Positions 47,794 through 57,439 of a stretch of 64,000 bases of DNA are shown here, piece after piece. The first letter of the stretch is position 1, and every line of letters starts with the position of its first letter. The DNA comes from Candidatus Woesearchaeota archaeon (GTDB lineage: Archaea; Nanobdellota; Nanobdellia; Pacearchaeales; GW2011-AR1): positions 33,377-97,376 of the forward strand of contig CAYUZV010000003.1 in assembly GCA_964448605.1 (NCBI GenBank), read 5' to 3'. A model generated the notes under the pieces. The model was not told where the DNA came from, did no database searches, and saw only the letters and a list, made by a program, of their open reading frames with translations. A program made the translations under genes and the position numbers.

Positions 47794-48082
47794 TTTTTGA
47801 TATGTTTTTTATTTCTTCTGGAATTTTTTTAAGATGATAATTAAATTTATTTAGTAAAAGAAGTCCTGTAATTATGACAGCTCCTGAAATTACAATTGAA
47901 AAATAGACATCAAAAATGTCTGTTATTATTAATTGATTTGTTAAAAATGCAATTGAAATTGCTATGATATATGTAAATATAAGAATTATTGTTGTATTTC
48001 TATTTTGAAGATTTTTATTGTAATAAAGGTCTAGTATATTTTTTCTGTAATCGTTAAGAGGCATTTTAGTCACCAAAAACAA
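47777..48082 (-). CDS. Small membrane protein
   Basis: Two TM segments. Confidence 0.5.
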   Translation of the reverse strand: MFLVTKMPLNDYRKNILDLYYNKNLQNRNTTIILIFTYIIAISIAFLTNQLIITDIFDVYFSIVISGAVIITGLLLLNKFNYHLKKIPEEIKNISKINPLT

Positions 48083-48236
48083 TAGATAATAAGATTACTC
48101 CTATGACAATTAATATAAAATCTATTGAAAGTATAATGAAATTTCTTTCTAAAAATGCACCTATTGAAGTGGTGATTCCAGTTATTAATAATATTGATGC
48201 AATAACTGAAATTATGTTTTTTATTTTTAAGTTCAT
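48066..48236 (-). CDS. Small two-TM protein (56 aa, not in the ORF track)
   Basis: MNLKIKNIISVIASILLITGITTSIGAFLEENFIILSIDFILIVIGVILLSIVFGD*. Confidence 0.5.
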   Translation of the reverse strand: MNLKIKNIISVIASILLITGITTSIGAFLERNFIILSIDFILIVIGVILLSIVFGD

Positions 48237-48277
48237 TTTATTTACATGAGTATGTTCTTTTTAAGTTTTTGGAATTT

Positions 48278-50725
48278 TTAAAAGTCAGCCAGGCACATCT
48301 GCTTTTTTCCATCTAAAAGTTCTTTTGTGTTTACTTTGAAAACTTCAAAAATGTTTTCTACTGCTGGAAGAATTTGATTTTTTAAATAGTATTCAATGTC
48401 ATATTTTTCTTTTTCATCTGGAAGTTTTGCTCTTTCTCTGACTAATGCTTTTTTTTCTTTTGATTCTGCTATGTAATATTCAATTAACATTCCGATATTT
48501 ATTGGAAGTCCAAGCTGTTTCATTTTTTTTGCAATTGTTACATGAGGGTTTATTGTTTTGTATTCATTAATTGGTTTTTTTAATTGAGTTTTTATGATTA
48601 GTTTTTCTAAAGGTATTTCTCTTGATTTTAATTTTTTGATTATTTCTTTTAGATATTCAAGTGCTTTTTTTTCATTTCCATTTTTTAAAATTAATTCAAG
48701 AACTTTGTTTTGGGTTGTTCTGGCTAAGTTGCACCAATCTCTTCTTACTGTTTCAAATCCTCTTATTTTTATTTCATTATCTTCATCAATCAATGCATAT
48801 TTCTTTTTTGCACCAAATTCTCCTGTTCTTTTTGTAACCCATATTCCTCTTTTAAAAAATCCTTCTAAATCTAATTCCATTATTCCGGGAAGTTTTTTGT
48901 TTACATCTTTTAGAAGTTCTTTAATTTCTTTTTTTGTTTTGTTTTCCTGTGTAAATGCAATTGAATCTGTATCAGAATAAACAATATTGTAACCTTGTTT
49001 TTTTATTTTTTCAATTGTTTCTTTTATTGCTTCTCTTGCAAGTGCTGCTGTTGCTGCTGCTGCTTCAATTTGATGATATCTTGCTGCAAAAAAACCCTGA
49101 TAACCATAAGCTGCATTTGTAAGAAGTTTGAATGCATTGCTTCTTGCTTTTGAAAGATTATCTTTTTTTTCATTAAACTCTTTTTTGTAGATCTTTCTTT
49201 TTTCAATTATTTCTCCGAGCATTTGTGGAAAGAATCCTTTTTTTCTTGAGAAATAAACTTTCTTTTTTCCTAAATTGACTTCTAATGCATTTGGTTCTTT
49301 TTTTTCTAAGTATGTTGATTTTGAAAGATTGTAACTTACGATTACACTTCCATACATGCTTGTAAAATCAAAGAAGACAATGTTTTCGTAAAGTCCGGGT
49401 GTTGGCTGAAATACAAATGCACCTTCAAATCTTTCTTCTCCTCTTCTTTGTCCTATTTCATTATGGGTTGGTCTTTTTTCAATTATTTCATTGTATTTTT
49501 CTGAATGATGAATTATATAATTTTCAACTAAATTTGACATGCTTGCTCTTGAAATTTCAAATAAAGGTTCTTGGATAATTCTTGTGAATTCTAACATGTC
49601 GGACCAGAGTTTTTCTGCAAGTTGGTGGGTCAAAAGTGAATCTTTAAGATTGTATTCAAAAAAAGTTTCCCATTCTTTTGAATTTATTTTTGAAGAGTGT
49701 TTGTGATTCCATTCTACTTTTTTTTCACCAAGTAATTCAGAGGCAACATCATTAAGGGAAAGAGTTTCTGATTTTAAATATTGAGAGTAGACTGTTCGAA
49801 TGAATCTTAATAAATCAATATGAATTATTCCTTTGATTTTTCCAGTCATTAATCTTCCTCTTGAGAAAATAGGTTGAGAGTTGTCTATTCCGAGATTTAA
49901 TTTTATCTTGTTTTTTTCAGCTCTTGCTCTTAGGTAGGGGAGGTCAAAACCATCTGAAAAATAACCTGTCAGAATATCAGGTTCTTGTTCTTTTATGTGT
50001 TTTACAAATGCTTCAAGCATTTCTTCTTCATCCTTATAGGTTTCTACAAAGGATTTTTTGGAATCTTTTTTCCATGTTAAAACTTTTTTGAAATTTTCTC
50101 CAACTAATGATATCATTAAAATTTTTCCTTTTCCTATTTCAAATTCTTCTGTTTCAATATCATATGCAAGGATTTTTGGTTTGAATTCTTTTTTTTCCAA
50201 GTGTTTTAAGGAAGAAAGTTTTAGACAGAAATCTACTTCGAGATTATTTTCCACCCCTCCGAATTCTTGTGAATTTAAAATTTCTCCTTCTATTTCATAC
50301 CAATTGAGAGGTTTTATTTTTTTTTCTAAAATGTATTTTGTGGTGAAGTTTAAGTCGTATTCTCTTCTTTTGTAGATTTCTTTGAAATCTATTTTGTCTG
50401 CTATGTCGTGAGCATCTTTATAATTTGTTATAAAAACTTTTATTGCTTTGCAGGGTTTTCCTAAAAAGTTTTTTTTGTGTATTTCTGTTTTTAAAACTTT
50501 TGAAGTTCTTGTTTTTGAACTTATTTTTATTTTTTCTATTTTTTTTTGAATTTCTTTTATTTTTTTTTCTTTTGTTTTTGGATTTAAAATTGCCCAGAAG
50601 TAAATTTCACATGTATCAATTATGCAGATTTTTTTATTTTTTTCATTTCTTCCTATGATTTTTGCATAGTTTTTTCCTTTAAAATCAAAGTAATCATAAT
50701 CTATTGGAATGAATTGAGTTTTCAT
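48278..50725 (-). CDS. polB: Family B DNA polymerase
   Basis: Exo I AYDIET, Exo II SDGFDLPYL, Exo III YNLKD; DFTSMY, KLLTNAAYGY, YSDTDS, KKKYA, RGFETVRRDW. Confidence 0.95.
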   Translation of the reverse strand: MKTQFIPIDYDYFDFKGKNYAKIIGRNEKNKKICIIDTCEIYFWAILNPKTKEKKIKEIQKKIEKIKISSKTRTSKVLKTEIHKKNFLGKPCKAIKVFITNYKDAHDIADKIDFKEIYKRREYDLNFTTKYILEKKIKPLNWYEIEGEILNSQEFGGVENNLEVDFCLKLSSLKHLEKKEFKPKILAYDIETEEFEIGKGKILMISLVGENFKKVLTWKKDSKKSFVETYKDEEEMLEAFVKHIKEQEPDILTGYFSDGFDLPYLRARAEKNKIKLNLGIDNSQPIFSRGRLMTGKIKGIIHIDLLRFIRTVYSQYLKSETLSLNDVASELLGEKKVEWNHKHSSKINSKEWETFFEYNLKDSLLTHQLAEKLWSDMLEFTRIIQEPLFEISRASMSNLVENYIIHHSEKYNEIIEKRPTHNEIGQRRGEERFEGAFVFQPTPGLYENIVFFDFTSMYGSVIVSYNLSKSTYLEKKEPNALEVNLGKKKVYFSRKKGFFPQMLGEIIEKRKIYKKEFNEKKDNLSKARSNAFKLLTNAAYGYQGFFAARYHQIEAAAATAALAREAIKETIEKIKKQGYNIVYSDTDSIAFTQENKTKKEIKELLKDVNKKLPGIMELDLEGFFKRGIWVTKRTGEFGAKKKYALIDEDNEIKIRGFETVRRDWCNLARTTQNKVLELILKNGNEKKALEYLKEIIKKLKSREIPLEKLIIKTQLKKPINEYKTINPHVTIAKKMKQLGLPINIGMLIEYYIAESKEKKALVRERAKLPDEKEKYDIEYYLKNQILPAVENIFEVFKVNTKELLDGKKQMCLADF

Positions 50726-50765
50726 TGTTAAGAAAGGTTTAAATATTATTTAAAAGTTGGGTTAG

Positions 50766-51110
50766 ATGGTAAAGGATGTTCATTTAGATGATATGATAGT
50801 TGATGGAAAAAGTTATAGAGTTCCTGATGAAGAGAGAGTTAGTGTTGGTCGGAAAAATGATGCTGGAGTTGTTATTCTATGCAGAGGTTCTGAAATTACA
50901 AGTGTTTCAAGAATTCATTGTTTTATTTATAGAGAGGATTTAGGAGGAGGAGATGTTTATGTTAAGGATAATTCTTCAAAGAATGGAACTTATGTAAATG
51001 GAGAAAAGATTGAAGGGAAGAGAGTTCTTGAAGAAGGAGATTATTTGAAATTAGGGGCTTATGTTCTGCAGGTTAGGATTTTTGATAGACTTGATGGGAT
51101 TTTGATTTAG
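50766..51110 (+). CDS. FHA-domain protein
   Basis: VGR, VSRIHC, DNSSKNGTYVNG, GDYLKLG. Confidence 0.85.
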   Translation: MVKDVHLDDMIVDGKSYRVPDEERVSVGRKNDAGVVILCRGSEITSVSRIHCFIYREDLGGGDVYVKDNSSKNGTYVNGEKIEGKRVLEEGDYLKLGAYVLQVRIFDRLDGILI

Positions 51111-51344
51111 GTGAGTAGTGTGCTTAAAGGATTAAAACCGGACATATTTTTAGAAAATTAAGGAAGACAATTTTAACTCTAATTTTTCTGGATATTATGG
51201 ATAAATAATAATTTAGGGATTATTCAGTTATCTCAGAGGCAATTTATCAAGGCAAATAAAATAATTAGGAATAGGATATATTTTTTTGTTTTCATATTTG
51301 AAAGAGGTTAGAAAGGTTTTTAAGGAGATGATTGAATTTATTTT

Positions 51345-51776
51345 ATGGGAAAAATAAAATATAGAGTATCTCTTCCTGAAAGATTGGGTGTAAGAGGATA
51401 TTTAGGGATAGATAGAACTGGAAATACTATGGCTTATTCAAAAGCACAAGCAGTTACTCATTTCTTAAACCGTCAAAATTCTGATTTAGCTAAAATTATA
51501 GCTCATGCTTTAAAAGATAAATTCGGTGGACTTGAGCCTTTTGCAGAAGAAATTGGAAAACTTAACTTATCTGCATTAGGGTTAGTTGATTTAGGAGTTG
51601 AACAAACAAAAGAAGATTTGAGAGAAGGAAAAAGAATGAATAAAGCTGAAAGAGAATTATTAAGGGAGTATGAAATAGCGAGAGAATTAGGATTTAGAGA
51701 TGGCGCTGATTTGAATCACTCTTATATTCAAATGCATTATTTGAGAAAAGCAAGAGAACTATTAAAAAGACAATAA
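51345..51776 (+). CDS. Hypothetical protein
   Basis: 143-aa ORF; A-rich composition unlike its neighbours. Confidence 0.55.
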   Translation: MGKIKYRVSLPERLGVRGYLGIDRTGNTMAYSKAQAVTHFLNRQNSDLAKIIAHALKDKFGGLEPFAEEIGKLNLSALGLVDLGVEQTKEDLREGKRMNKAERELLREYEIARELGFRDGADLNHSYIQMHYLRKARELLKRQ

Positions 51777-51806
51777 TTTTATTAAGTGGTGATTGTTTTT
51801 TTGAAT

Positions 51807-52826
51807 ATGGGTTTGCAGATTGGAGATATTATTCCTAAAAGAAATATTGAATTTAAAGATTTGAAAAGCAGGACAGTTGCTGTTGATGCTTTTAATGCGA
51901 TTTATCAGTTTTTGACTACGATTCGGCAACCTGATGGAACTCCTTTGAAGGATTCAGAAGGGAATATTACTTCGCATTTGTCAGGTTTGTTTTATAGAAA
52001 TATGAAATTGATTTTAGAGGGGATTAAATTGATTTATGTTTTTGATGGAGAGGCACCTGAATTGAAAGTTCGGATTCGGGAGGCTCGGAGAGAGGTTCGA
52101 AAGGAGATGAAGGAGAAATATGAAGAGGCACGGGCTAAGGAGGATATTGAAAGTATGGGGAAGTATTCTCGTAGTGATGTTAGTTTGGATGAAGAAAAGA
52201 TTAAAGAGAGTAAGGAGTTGTTGGAAGCAATGGGAATTGCAGTTGTTCAGGCACCTGGTGAAGGAGAGGCACAGGCAAGTTATTTTTCTAAAAAAGGAAA
52301 GGCATATGCTGTTGCTTCGCAGGATTATGATTGTTTGATGTTTAAGGCACCTCTGCTTATTCAGAATTTGAGTATGGCTCGAAAGAGAAAAACTATTTCA
52401 GGATATAAAGAGGTTTTTCCTCAGGTTATTGAGCTTTCGCAGGTTTTGGAAGAGTTGGAGATTAATCAGGAGCAGTTGATTTGTTTGGGAATTTTATGTG
52501 GGACTGATTATAATCCCGGAGGGGTTAAGGGGTTGGGTCCTAAAAAAAGTTTGAAGATTGTTAGAGAGTTTAAAACTAAAGAAGAAATATTTAAGGAGAT
52601 TGAAGGGAATGAGAAATATGAGATTGAATTTGATTGGAAGGAGATTTATGAGGAGATTGAAAATCCTAATATTGATAAAGATGTAAAAATAGAATTTCCA
52701 AAAATTGATAAAGATAAGATTAGGGAAATTTTGGTTAAGTATGAATTTAGTTCTTCGAGGATTGATAAGCAGTTGGAGAAATTTGATGAATTGAAAAAGA
52801 AGGGTGAGCAGAGGACATTGTTTTAG
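51807..52826 (+). CDS. fen: Flap endonuclease 1
   Basis: DAFNAIYQFL..IRQPDG, VFDGEAP, APGEGEAQA, SQDYD, GTDYNPGG, PIP-box QRTLF. Confidence 0.95.
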   Translation: MGLQIGDIIPKRNIEFKDLKSRTVAVDAFNAIYQFLTTIRQPDGTPLKDSEGNITSHLSGLFYRNMKLILEGIKLIYVFDGEAPELKVRIREARREVRKEMKEKYEEARAKEDIESMGKYSRSDVSLDEEKIKESKELLEAMGIAVVQAPGEGEAQASYFSKKGKAYAVASQDYDCLMFKAPLLIQNLSMARKRKTISGYKEVFPQVIELSQVLEELEINQEQLICLGILCGTDYNPGGVKGLGPKKSLKIVREFKTKEEIFKEIEGNEKYEIEFDWKEIYEEIENPNIDKDVKIEFPKIDKDKIREILVKYEFSSSRIDKQLEKFDELKKKGEQRTLF

Positions 52827-52827
52827 A

Positions 52828-53062
52828 ATGGAAGATAAAAAATTAGAAATACATTATGATGAAGATGCTGATTTCTTGGAAATATTTTTTAGGATTCTGT
52901 TTCTTCAATAGTAGAAGAGATTGAACCTATGCTTTTATTAGGGAAGATGAAGAAACTGGAGATATTACAAGTATAGAAATTTTTAGTTTTAAGAAAAGAG
53001 GAAGTGATATTTTAAGAGAGATTTCTCAAAAAATAGATTTGAAAATGCCATTAAATAGAATA
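52828..53062 (+). pseudogene. Frameshifted DUF2283-like small gene
   Basis: Pieces LEIHYDEDADFLEIFF / DSVSSIVEEIEP / FIREDEETGDITSIEIF..MPLNR* lie in different frames. Confidence 0.45.
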
Positions 53063-53063
53063 A

Positions 53064-53705
53064 TTAACTTCTTAAACCTTTTGTGAAACTTTCAGTGATT
53101 TCCAGATTTTGTTTTAATCTTTCTCTGTTAAGTGATTCTGTTTGTTTGTCTCTTGAGGTTTTCATTCCTTTGAATAAATCTCTGATGCTTCTTGAGAAAA
53201 TTGATAGAGTGATTAGTGCGATTATTAGAATTCCTGTTACAATTAATTGCATCCACCATGTTGGAAGTGTTGAGATTGAGTTGATTATTTGTTCTGAAAT
53301 CCAGGGAGTTAGTCCTAAGTATGAAATTATTGCTATTGTGATAATTGGAGAAATTATTCTTATTAAGGGAGAGAATAGGTTGAAAAATTCTAAGATTCTG
53401 AAGATTGAGATTACTAAAGTTATCCATATGATTAGGTTTAGAAAGAAAAGAAAGGAGAGTGAGAATTCCATTCCTAATGTTATTTTGAAAAGAGGGTTGA
53501 GGTATGAGAGATTGTCTATAAATGACATGAAAGAATTGTTTTCTAATTTATTAAATTCTTTTGTTAGGAAATCTTCTGGATTTTCTCCAATTTCTTTGAC
53601 TTGATTGATTTCTTTTGGTAATCCTGTTACTGGGTCTATGTCCTGGGTTAGTGTTACTGGAAGAAGGGTTAAGATTAGTAGTAGGATAAATATCTCTTTT
53701 TTCAT
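53064..53705 (-). CDS. Multi-TM hypothetical membrane protein
   Basis: Signal peptide plus 3-4 hydrophobic helices. Confidence 0.65.
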   Translation of the reverse strand: MKKEIFILLLILTLLPVTLTQDIDPVTGLPKEINQVKEIGENPEDFLTKEFNKLENNSFMSFIDNLSYLNPLFKITLGMEFSLSFLFFLNLIIWITLVISIFRILEFFNLFSPLIRIISPIITIAIISYLGLTPWISEQIINSISTLPTWWMQLIVTGILIIALITLSIFSRSIRDLFKGMKTSRDKQTESLNRERLKQNLEITESFTKGLRS

Positions 53706-53737
53706 AGAATGTATAAGGATGGAGGGTTTTTAAGGGT

Positions 53738-54370
53738 TTATCTTCCTTTTTTTACTAATTCTTTTCCAATTTTTTTTAGTCCTGCAATTGTTCCTGCAAC
53801 TTCTTGTCCTCCTGCCTCTGCTTTTGCAGCATAATCCATCGCTTTTCTATTCATTATCCACCTTCCCATTCCACTTATCCCCCAGTAAACTGCAAACATT
53901 GCAACAAAAATAGATACAAGAGCTGCTATTACAGAACCTGCGGCTAGAAATGAAAATAAAGCCATAAGATTAACTAATAAATTAAAGTAAAAGCCAAAAT
54001 TTGCTAATATCACTGCAATACCAAATCCTATTAACCAGGCCATCCATGTTTCACTTAAAAATCCATAATTTTTTATTGAATCTGAAATAAATATGAAAAA
54101 AATTCCCCAAACAATAAACATTACAATTAAGGCACTTATTGATTGAGCTGATTCATTGTCGATTCCAAATATGTATTTTAATGCCCATCCTAAAGGACTA
54201 TCCCAAGGGATATTTGGAGAAGTGTTGTCTAACCAAACAGGTTCAGTTGGTTGAATGAATAAAATTTCTGGAAACCATGAAATCAGAATTAATATTATTG
54301 CAATTATAATTGATATTAATCCAAATACAATCCAAAATTTTCTGCCTACACCTTTTTTATTCATACCCAT
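53738..54370 (-). CDS. Multi-TM hypothetical membrane protein
   Basis: MNKKG/V-type N-terminus and 4 hydrophobic helices. Confidence 0.65.
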   Translation of the reverse strand: MGMNKKGVGRKFWIVFGLISIIIAIILILISWFPEILFIQPTEPVWLDNTSPNIPWDSPLGWALKYIFGIDNESAQSISALIVMFIVWGIFFIFISDSIKNYGFLSETWMAWLIGFGIAVILANFGFYFNLLVNLMALFSFLAAGSVIAALVSIFVAMFAVYWGISGMGRWIMNRKAMDYAAKAEAGGQEVAGTIAGLKKIGKELVKKGR

Positions 54371-54398
54371 CTTAACACTTGCACCTTTTTAAATATTT

Positions 54399-54635
54399 CT
54401 AATCTTTTTTATGTTTTTCCATTTCTACTCTTGGTTTTATTTTGAAAATCAGCCATGCACCTAATACTATAAGAATTATTTGATAAATGATTTCTCCAGG
54501 AGTCATATATGATAAAAGAGCATATTGGTTGAAGAAATTACTGATTGTTTCTATTTTTAATAAGAATGGAAGAGCTCCGATTATTATTATCAAGAGTCCG
54601 ATGAGTTTTTGTTTTATCATTTTTCCTCCTTTCAT
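54399..54635 (-). CDS. Small two-TM protein
   Basis: Two hydrophobic helices. Confidence 0.55.
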   Translation of the reverse strand: MKGGKMIKQKLIGLLIIIIGALPFLLKIETISNFFNQYALLSYMTPGEIIYQIILIVLGAWLIFKIKPRVEMEKHKKD

Positions 54636-54638
54636 TAT

Positions 54639-55238
54639 TTATTTAAGTCCTAAATTTTTAAGTATTTTTTTCATGAATTTTTGACCTTTTGTTTCTCCTT
54701 CCATAAAAGGAGATGCAAAAATTGCAATTGCTACAAGGATGATTAATCCAAAAATGCTTGTTATGAATTCATATGCCTGAACTATTGAATAAGGTGCTCC
54801 GTAAGGAATTATTGAATAAGCATCTGCTCTTTGCAGTAATAACCATGCAAAAAAAACTGCGATTGTTGAACCTACTGCACCAAATGTTTCATAAGATAGT
54901 TTAATTAAAAAACCAAGTAAAACTAAACCTGCTGCAATTAAAACCCAAGAGCCTATTTCATCTCCAAGGTATCCGTATAGGAGTCCTCTTTTTAAAACAG
55001 TTATTGTAATTAAAAGAGATATTGAACCTGCGATTACTGCTGAAACTGCTTGATTATTAAATGCCTTGTTAGTTGTATGAAAAATAAGTGCAAAAGACAC
55101 AAGCAAAATAATAGTAAACATTACCCATTCGTTGTCAAGATACATCAAAGGGGAGTTATAGTACCCCCAACTGTATGCTGAAATAATTGGTAAAAGTAAT
55201 ATTGCTGTAATTATTAGTATTGACACTTCTTTTTTCAT
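54639..55238 (-). CDS. Multi-TM hypothetical membrane protein
   Basis: About six hydrophobic helices. Confidence 0.65.
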   Translation of the reverse strand: MKKEVSILIITAILLLPIISAYSWGYYNSPLMYLDNEWVMFTIILLVSFALIFHTTNKAFNNQAVSAVIAGSISLLITITVLKRGLLYGYLGDEIGSWVLIAAGLVLLGFLIKLSYETFGAVGSTIAVFFAWLLLQRADAYSIIPYGAPYSIVQAYEFITSIFGLIILVAIAIFASPFMEGETKGQKFMKKILKNLGLK

Positions 55239-55321
55239 GTTGTTATTAGAGAAAAAGCATTTAAATAGTTTTCTTATGGATTTCTTTGATTTTTTAATTT
55301 AGTTATAGAAAGATTTAAATA

Positions 55322-55335
55322 ATATCAATTGATAT
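55322..55335. promoter_or_regulatory. Operator-like palindrome before a TA-like operon
   Basis: ATATCAATTGATAT directly after GAAAGATTTAAATA. Confidence 0.5.
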
Positions 55336-55341
55336 AATAAT

Positions 55342-55626
55342 ATGGAAACAAGTAATTATGCTCAGCAGAATTCAGTGGCTAGGAGTCCTACTCTTCAGAC
55401 TGTTTTGATGGTTGAGAGATTTATTGATGAGAATTCAGGAGAGTTTAAGAAAACAGATGTTTTTAAGAATCTTCCTAAGAAAGTTATGTGGCAGACATTT
55501 CAGGTTATTATGGAGTATCTTGAAGATATTCGGAAAATTGTTTATGATAAAGAAGGATTTGTTGTTTATATTTGGAATCCTGATTTTTATGAGAAAATAA
55601 AAGATAGACCTGAAATAAGAATATGA
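55342..55626 (+). CDS. Putative winged-HTH antitoxin/regulator
   Basis: Upstream of and overlapping a RelE-like gene; PTLQTVLMVE..LPKKVMWQT..LE..KI. Confidence 0.5.
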   Translation: METSNYAQQNSVARSPTLQTVLMVERFIDENSGEFKKTDVFKNLPKKVMWQTFQVIMEYLEDIRKIVYDKEGFVVYIWNPDFYEKIKDRPEIRI

Positions 55627-55946
55627 AAGCAGATAAGATAATATTTATTGATGAAGATTTAGAATCTGATTTTAATAGTTTATCTGAGGGAGATCCAATT
55701 AGAAAAGCATTAAAAAGAGCTATTCAAACTATTAAAGAGGATTGTTACTGTGGTAGAAATGTTAAAAAGAAATTGATTCCAAGGGAATTGATTATTAAAT
55801 ATGAAATTAATAATCTTTGGATATATAATCTGCCTTCTTCATGGAGGCTTTTGTATTCTATTACTGATTCTCCTGATATAAAAATTATAGCAGTAGTTCT
55901 TGATTGGATTAATCACAAGGATTATGAAAAGCTTTTTGGATTTTAA
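55623..55946 (+). CDS. RelE/YoeB-like toxin
   Basis: LWIYNLPSSWRLLYSI..VLDWINHKDYEKLFG. Confidence 0.65.
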   Translation: MKADKIIFIDEDLESDFNSLSEGDPIRKALKRAIQTIKEDCYCGRNVKKKLIPRELIIKYEINNLWIYNLPSSWRLLYSITDSPDIKIIAVVLDWINHKDYEKLFGF

Positions 55947-55947
55947 A

Positions 55948-56712
55948 ATGACATCATATGATATTTTGGGAAACATTGCAGTAATTAAGTCAGAAGGTAG
56001 TTTTAAAGAGAAGAAGGATTTAGGTAAGGAAATTTTGAAAAGAAATTCTGTGAGGACTGTTTTGGAAAAGGTGGGAGAGGTTAAAGGACGGCTTCGGACA
56101 ATAAAGACAAAACATATTGCAGGTGAAAAAAATTTAATTGCAGAGTATAAGGAGAATGGATGTGTTTTTAGATTTGATGTTGAGAAGTGTTATTTTTCTT
56201 CTCGTTTGTCTAATGAAAGAAAAGAGATTTCTGAAAAGATAAAAAAGAAAGATAGTGTTTTGGTTATGTTTGCAGGTGTTGGTGTTTATCCGATTGTGAT
56301 TTATAAAAATGCTAAGCCATTGAGAGTTGTTGGTGTTGAGATTGGAAGGAAGTGTTGCAAGTGGTTTAAGGAAAATTTGAAGTTAAATAAAATTCCTGTT
56401 GAAAGAGTGGAGGTTGTTCAGGGTGATGTGAAGAAGAGGGTTTCTGGATTAGGGGAATTTGATGTTGTGATTATGGCTCGTCCTAATTTGAAAGAGAGTT
56501 TTTTGAAATGGGGTTTGGATGCTTGTAAGAAGGGAGGGAGGATTTATTATTATGGTTTTTGTCATGATGATGAACTGAAGAAAATGGTTTCTGATTTGAA
56601 AGAAGAGTGTAAGGAATTGGGCAGGGAGATTAGGGTTTTGAGAGTTGTTAAAGCAGGAGAGATTGCACCTTTTAAGCATAGGTGGAGAATTGAGATTAAG
56701 GTGTGTGATTGA
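55948..56712 (+). CDS. Trm5/Taw2-like tRNA methyltransferase/transferase (Met_10 family)
   Basis: YDILGNIAV, GEVKGRLRT, YKENGCVFRFD..YFSSRLSNER, VMFAGVG, IMARP. Confidence 0.8.
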   Translation: MTSYDILGNIAVIKSEGSFKEKKDLGKEILKRNSVRTVLEKVGEVKGRLRTIKTKHIAGEKNLIAEYKENGCVFRFDVEKCYFSSRLSNERKEISEKIKKKDSVLVMFAGVGVYPIVIYKNAKPLRVVGVEIGRKCCKWFKENLKLNKIPVERVEVVQGDVKKRVSGLGEFDVVIMARPNLKESFLKWGLDACKKGGRIYYYGFCHDDELKKMVSDLKEECKELGREIRVLRVVKAGEIAPFKHRWRIEIKVCD

Positions 56713-56767
56713 ATATATATTTTGAATTGTTAAAAAAGGTTTATATTCGGGTTTTTGTTATTTTTTA

Positions 56768-57406
56768 ATGGATGTTAAAGATAAGTATTTGAATTTTCAA
56801 AGAGGAGTTATGAATGGTGGGAATATTAGTGTGAGGATGGCGGATTTTAAAGATATTCATGATATTTATGATGTTATTGTTAGATGTCTTGATAAGAAAG
56901 TTGAGGGAGATTATCCAGAGGCAACTGTTAATGGTTTAAGGACTATTTATACTCCAAAAGGAATAGGGATGAAATTAAGAGATAAGAGTAATGAAGTGTG
57001 GGTTGCTGAAAAAAATGATGAGTTGAAATGGGTTTGTGAATTAAATCCTTATGATGAAAATCCTAATTCTGATTTTGTTGAGGGAAATGGTCATAGGTTT
57101 GATGATGGAAAAGGTATTGAAATAAAAACTTTTTATGGATTGGATTTGGATTGTGCTACTGCTTGTATGGTTAATGCTAAGAAAGTTTTGGCTAATAGAG
57201 GAGGAGATTATTTGAGCGGACTTGTTTTAAGATGTGGGTGGAAATTTTTTGAAAGACTTGGAAAGGTTAATGGAGAACTTTATTCTACTCCTTCTATGTT
57301 TAAATTGGAAAATTATAGAAAGCCAGATGGAAGTAAGGATTCGCAGGTATTTCATGTTGAGGTAAAGTATTATCAAATAGAAAGTGATGGAGTTGGAGAT
57401 TATTAG
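56768..57406 (+). CDS. Hypothetical protein with a GNAT-like N-terminus
   Basis: SVRMADFKDIHDIYDVI..EVWVAEK. Confidence 0.45.
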   Translation: MDVKDKYLNFQRGVMNGGNISVRMADFKDIHDIYDVIVRCLDKKVEGDYPEATVNGLRTIYTPKGIGMKLRDKSNEVWVAEKNDELKWVCELNPYDENPNSDFVEGNGHRFDDGKGIEIKTFYGLDLDCATACMVNAKKVLANRGGDYLSGLVLRCGWKFFERLGKVNGELYSTPSMFKLENYRKPDGSKDSQVFHVEVKYYQIESDGVGDY

Positions 57407-57439
57407 TGAAGTTTTTAAACTTTGATTTTTGTATTCTTT

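Noticed and set aside
51110-51345. 235-bp gap after the FHA gene
   Set aside because: No ORF, repeat or convincing structure found by eye.
53083-53604. 173-aa + strand ORF opposite a membrane-protein gene
   Set aside because: Antisense shadow in a permissive register. It shows long antisense ORFs can arise by chance, which is why the cargo-intein claim rests on the Hint motifs and junction precision, not on length alone.
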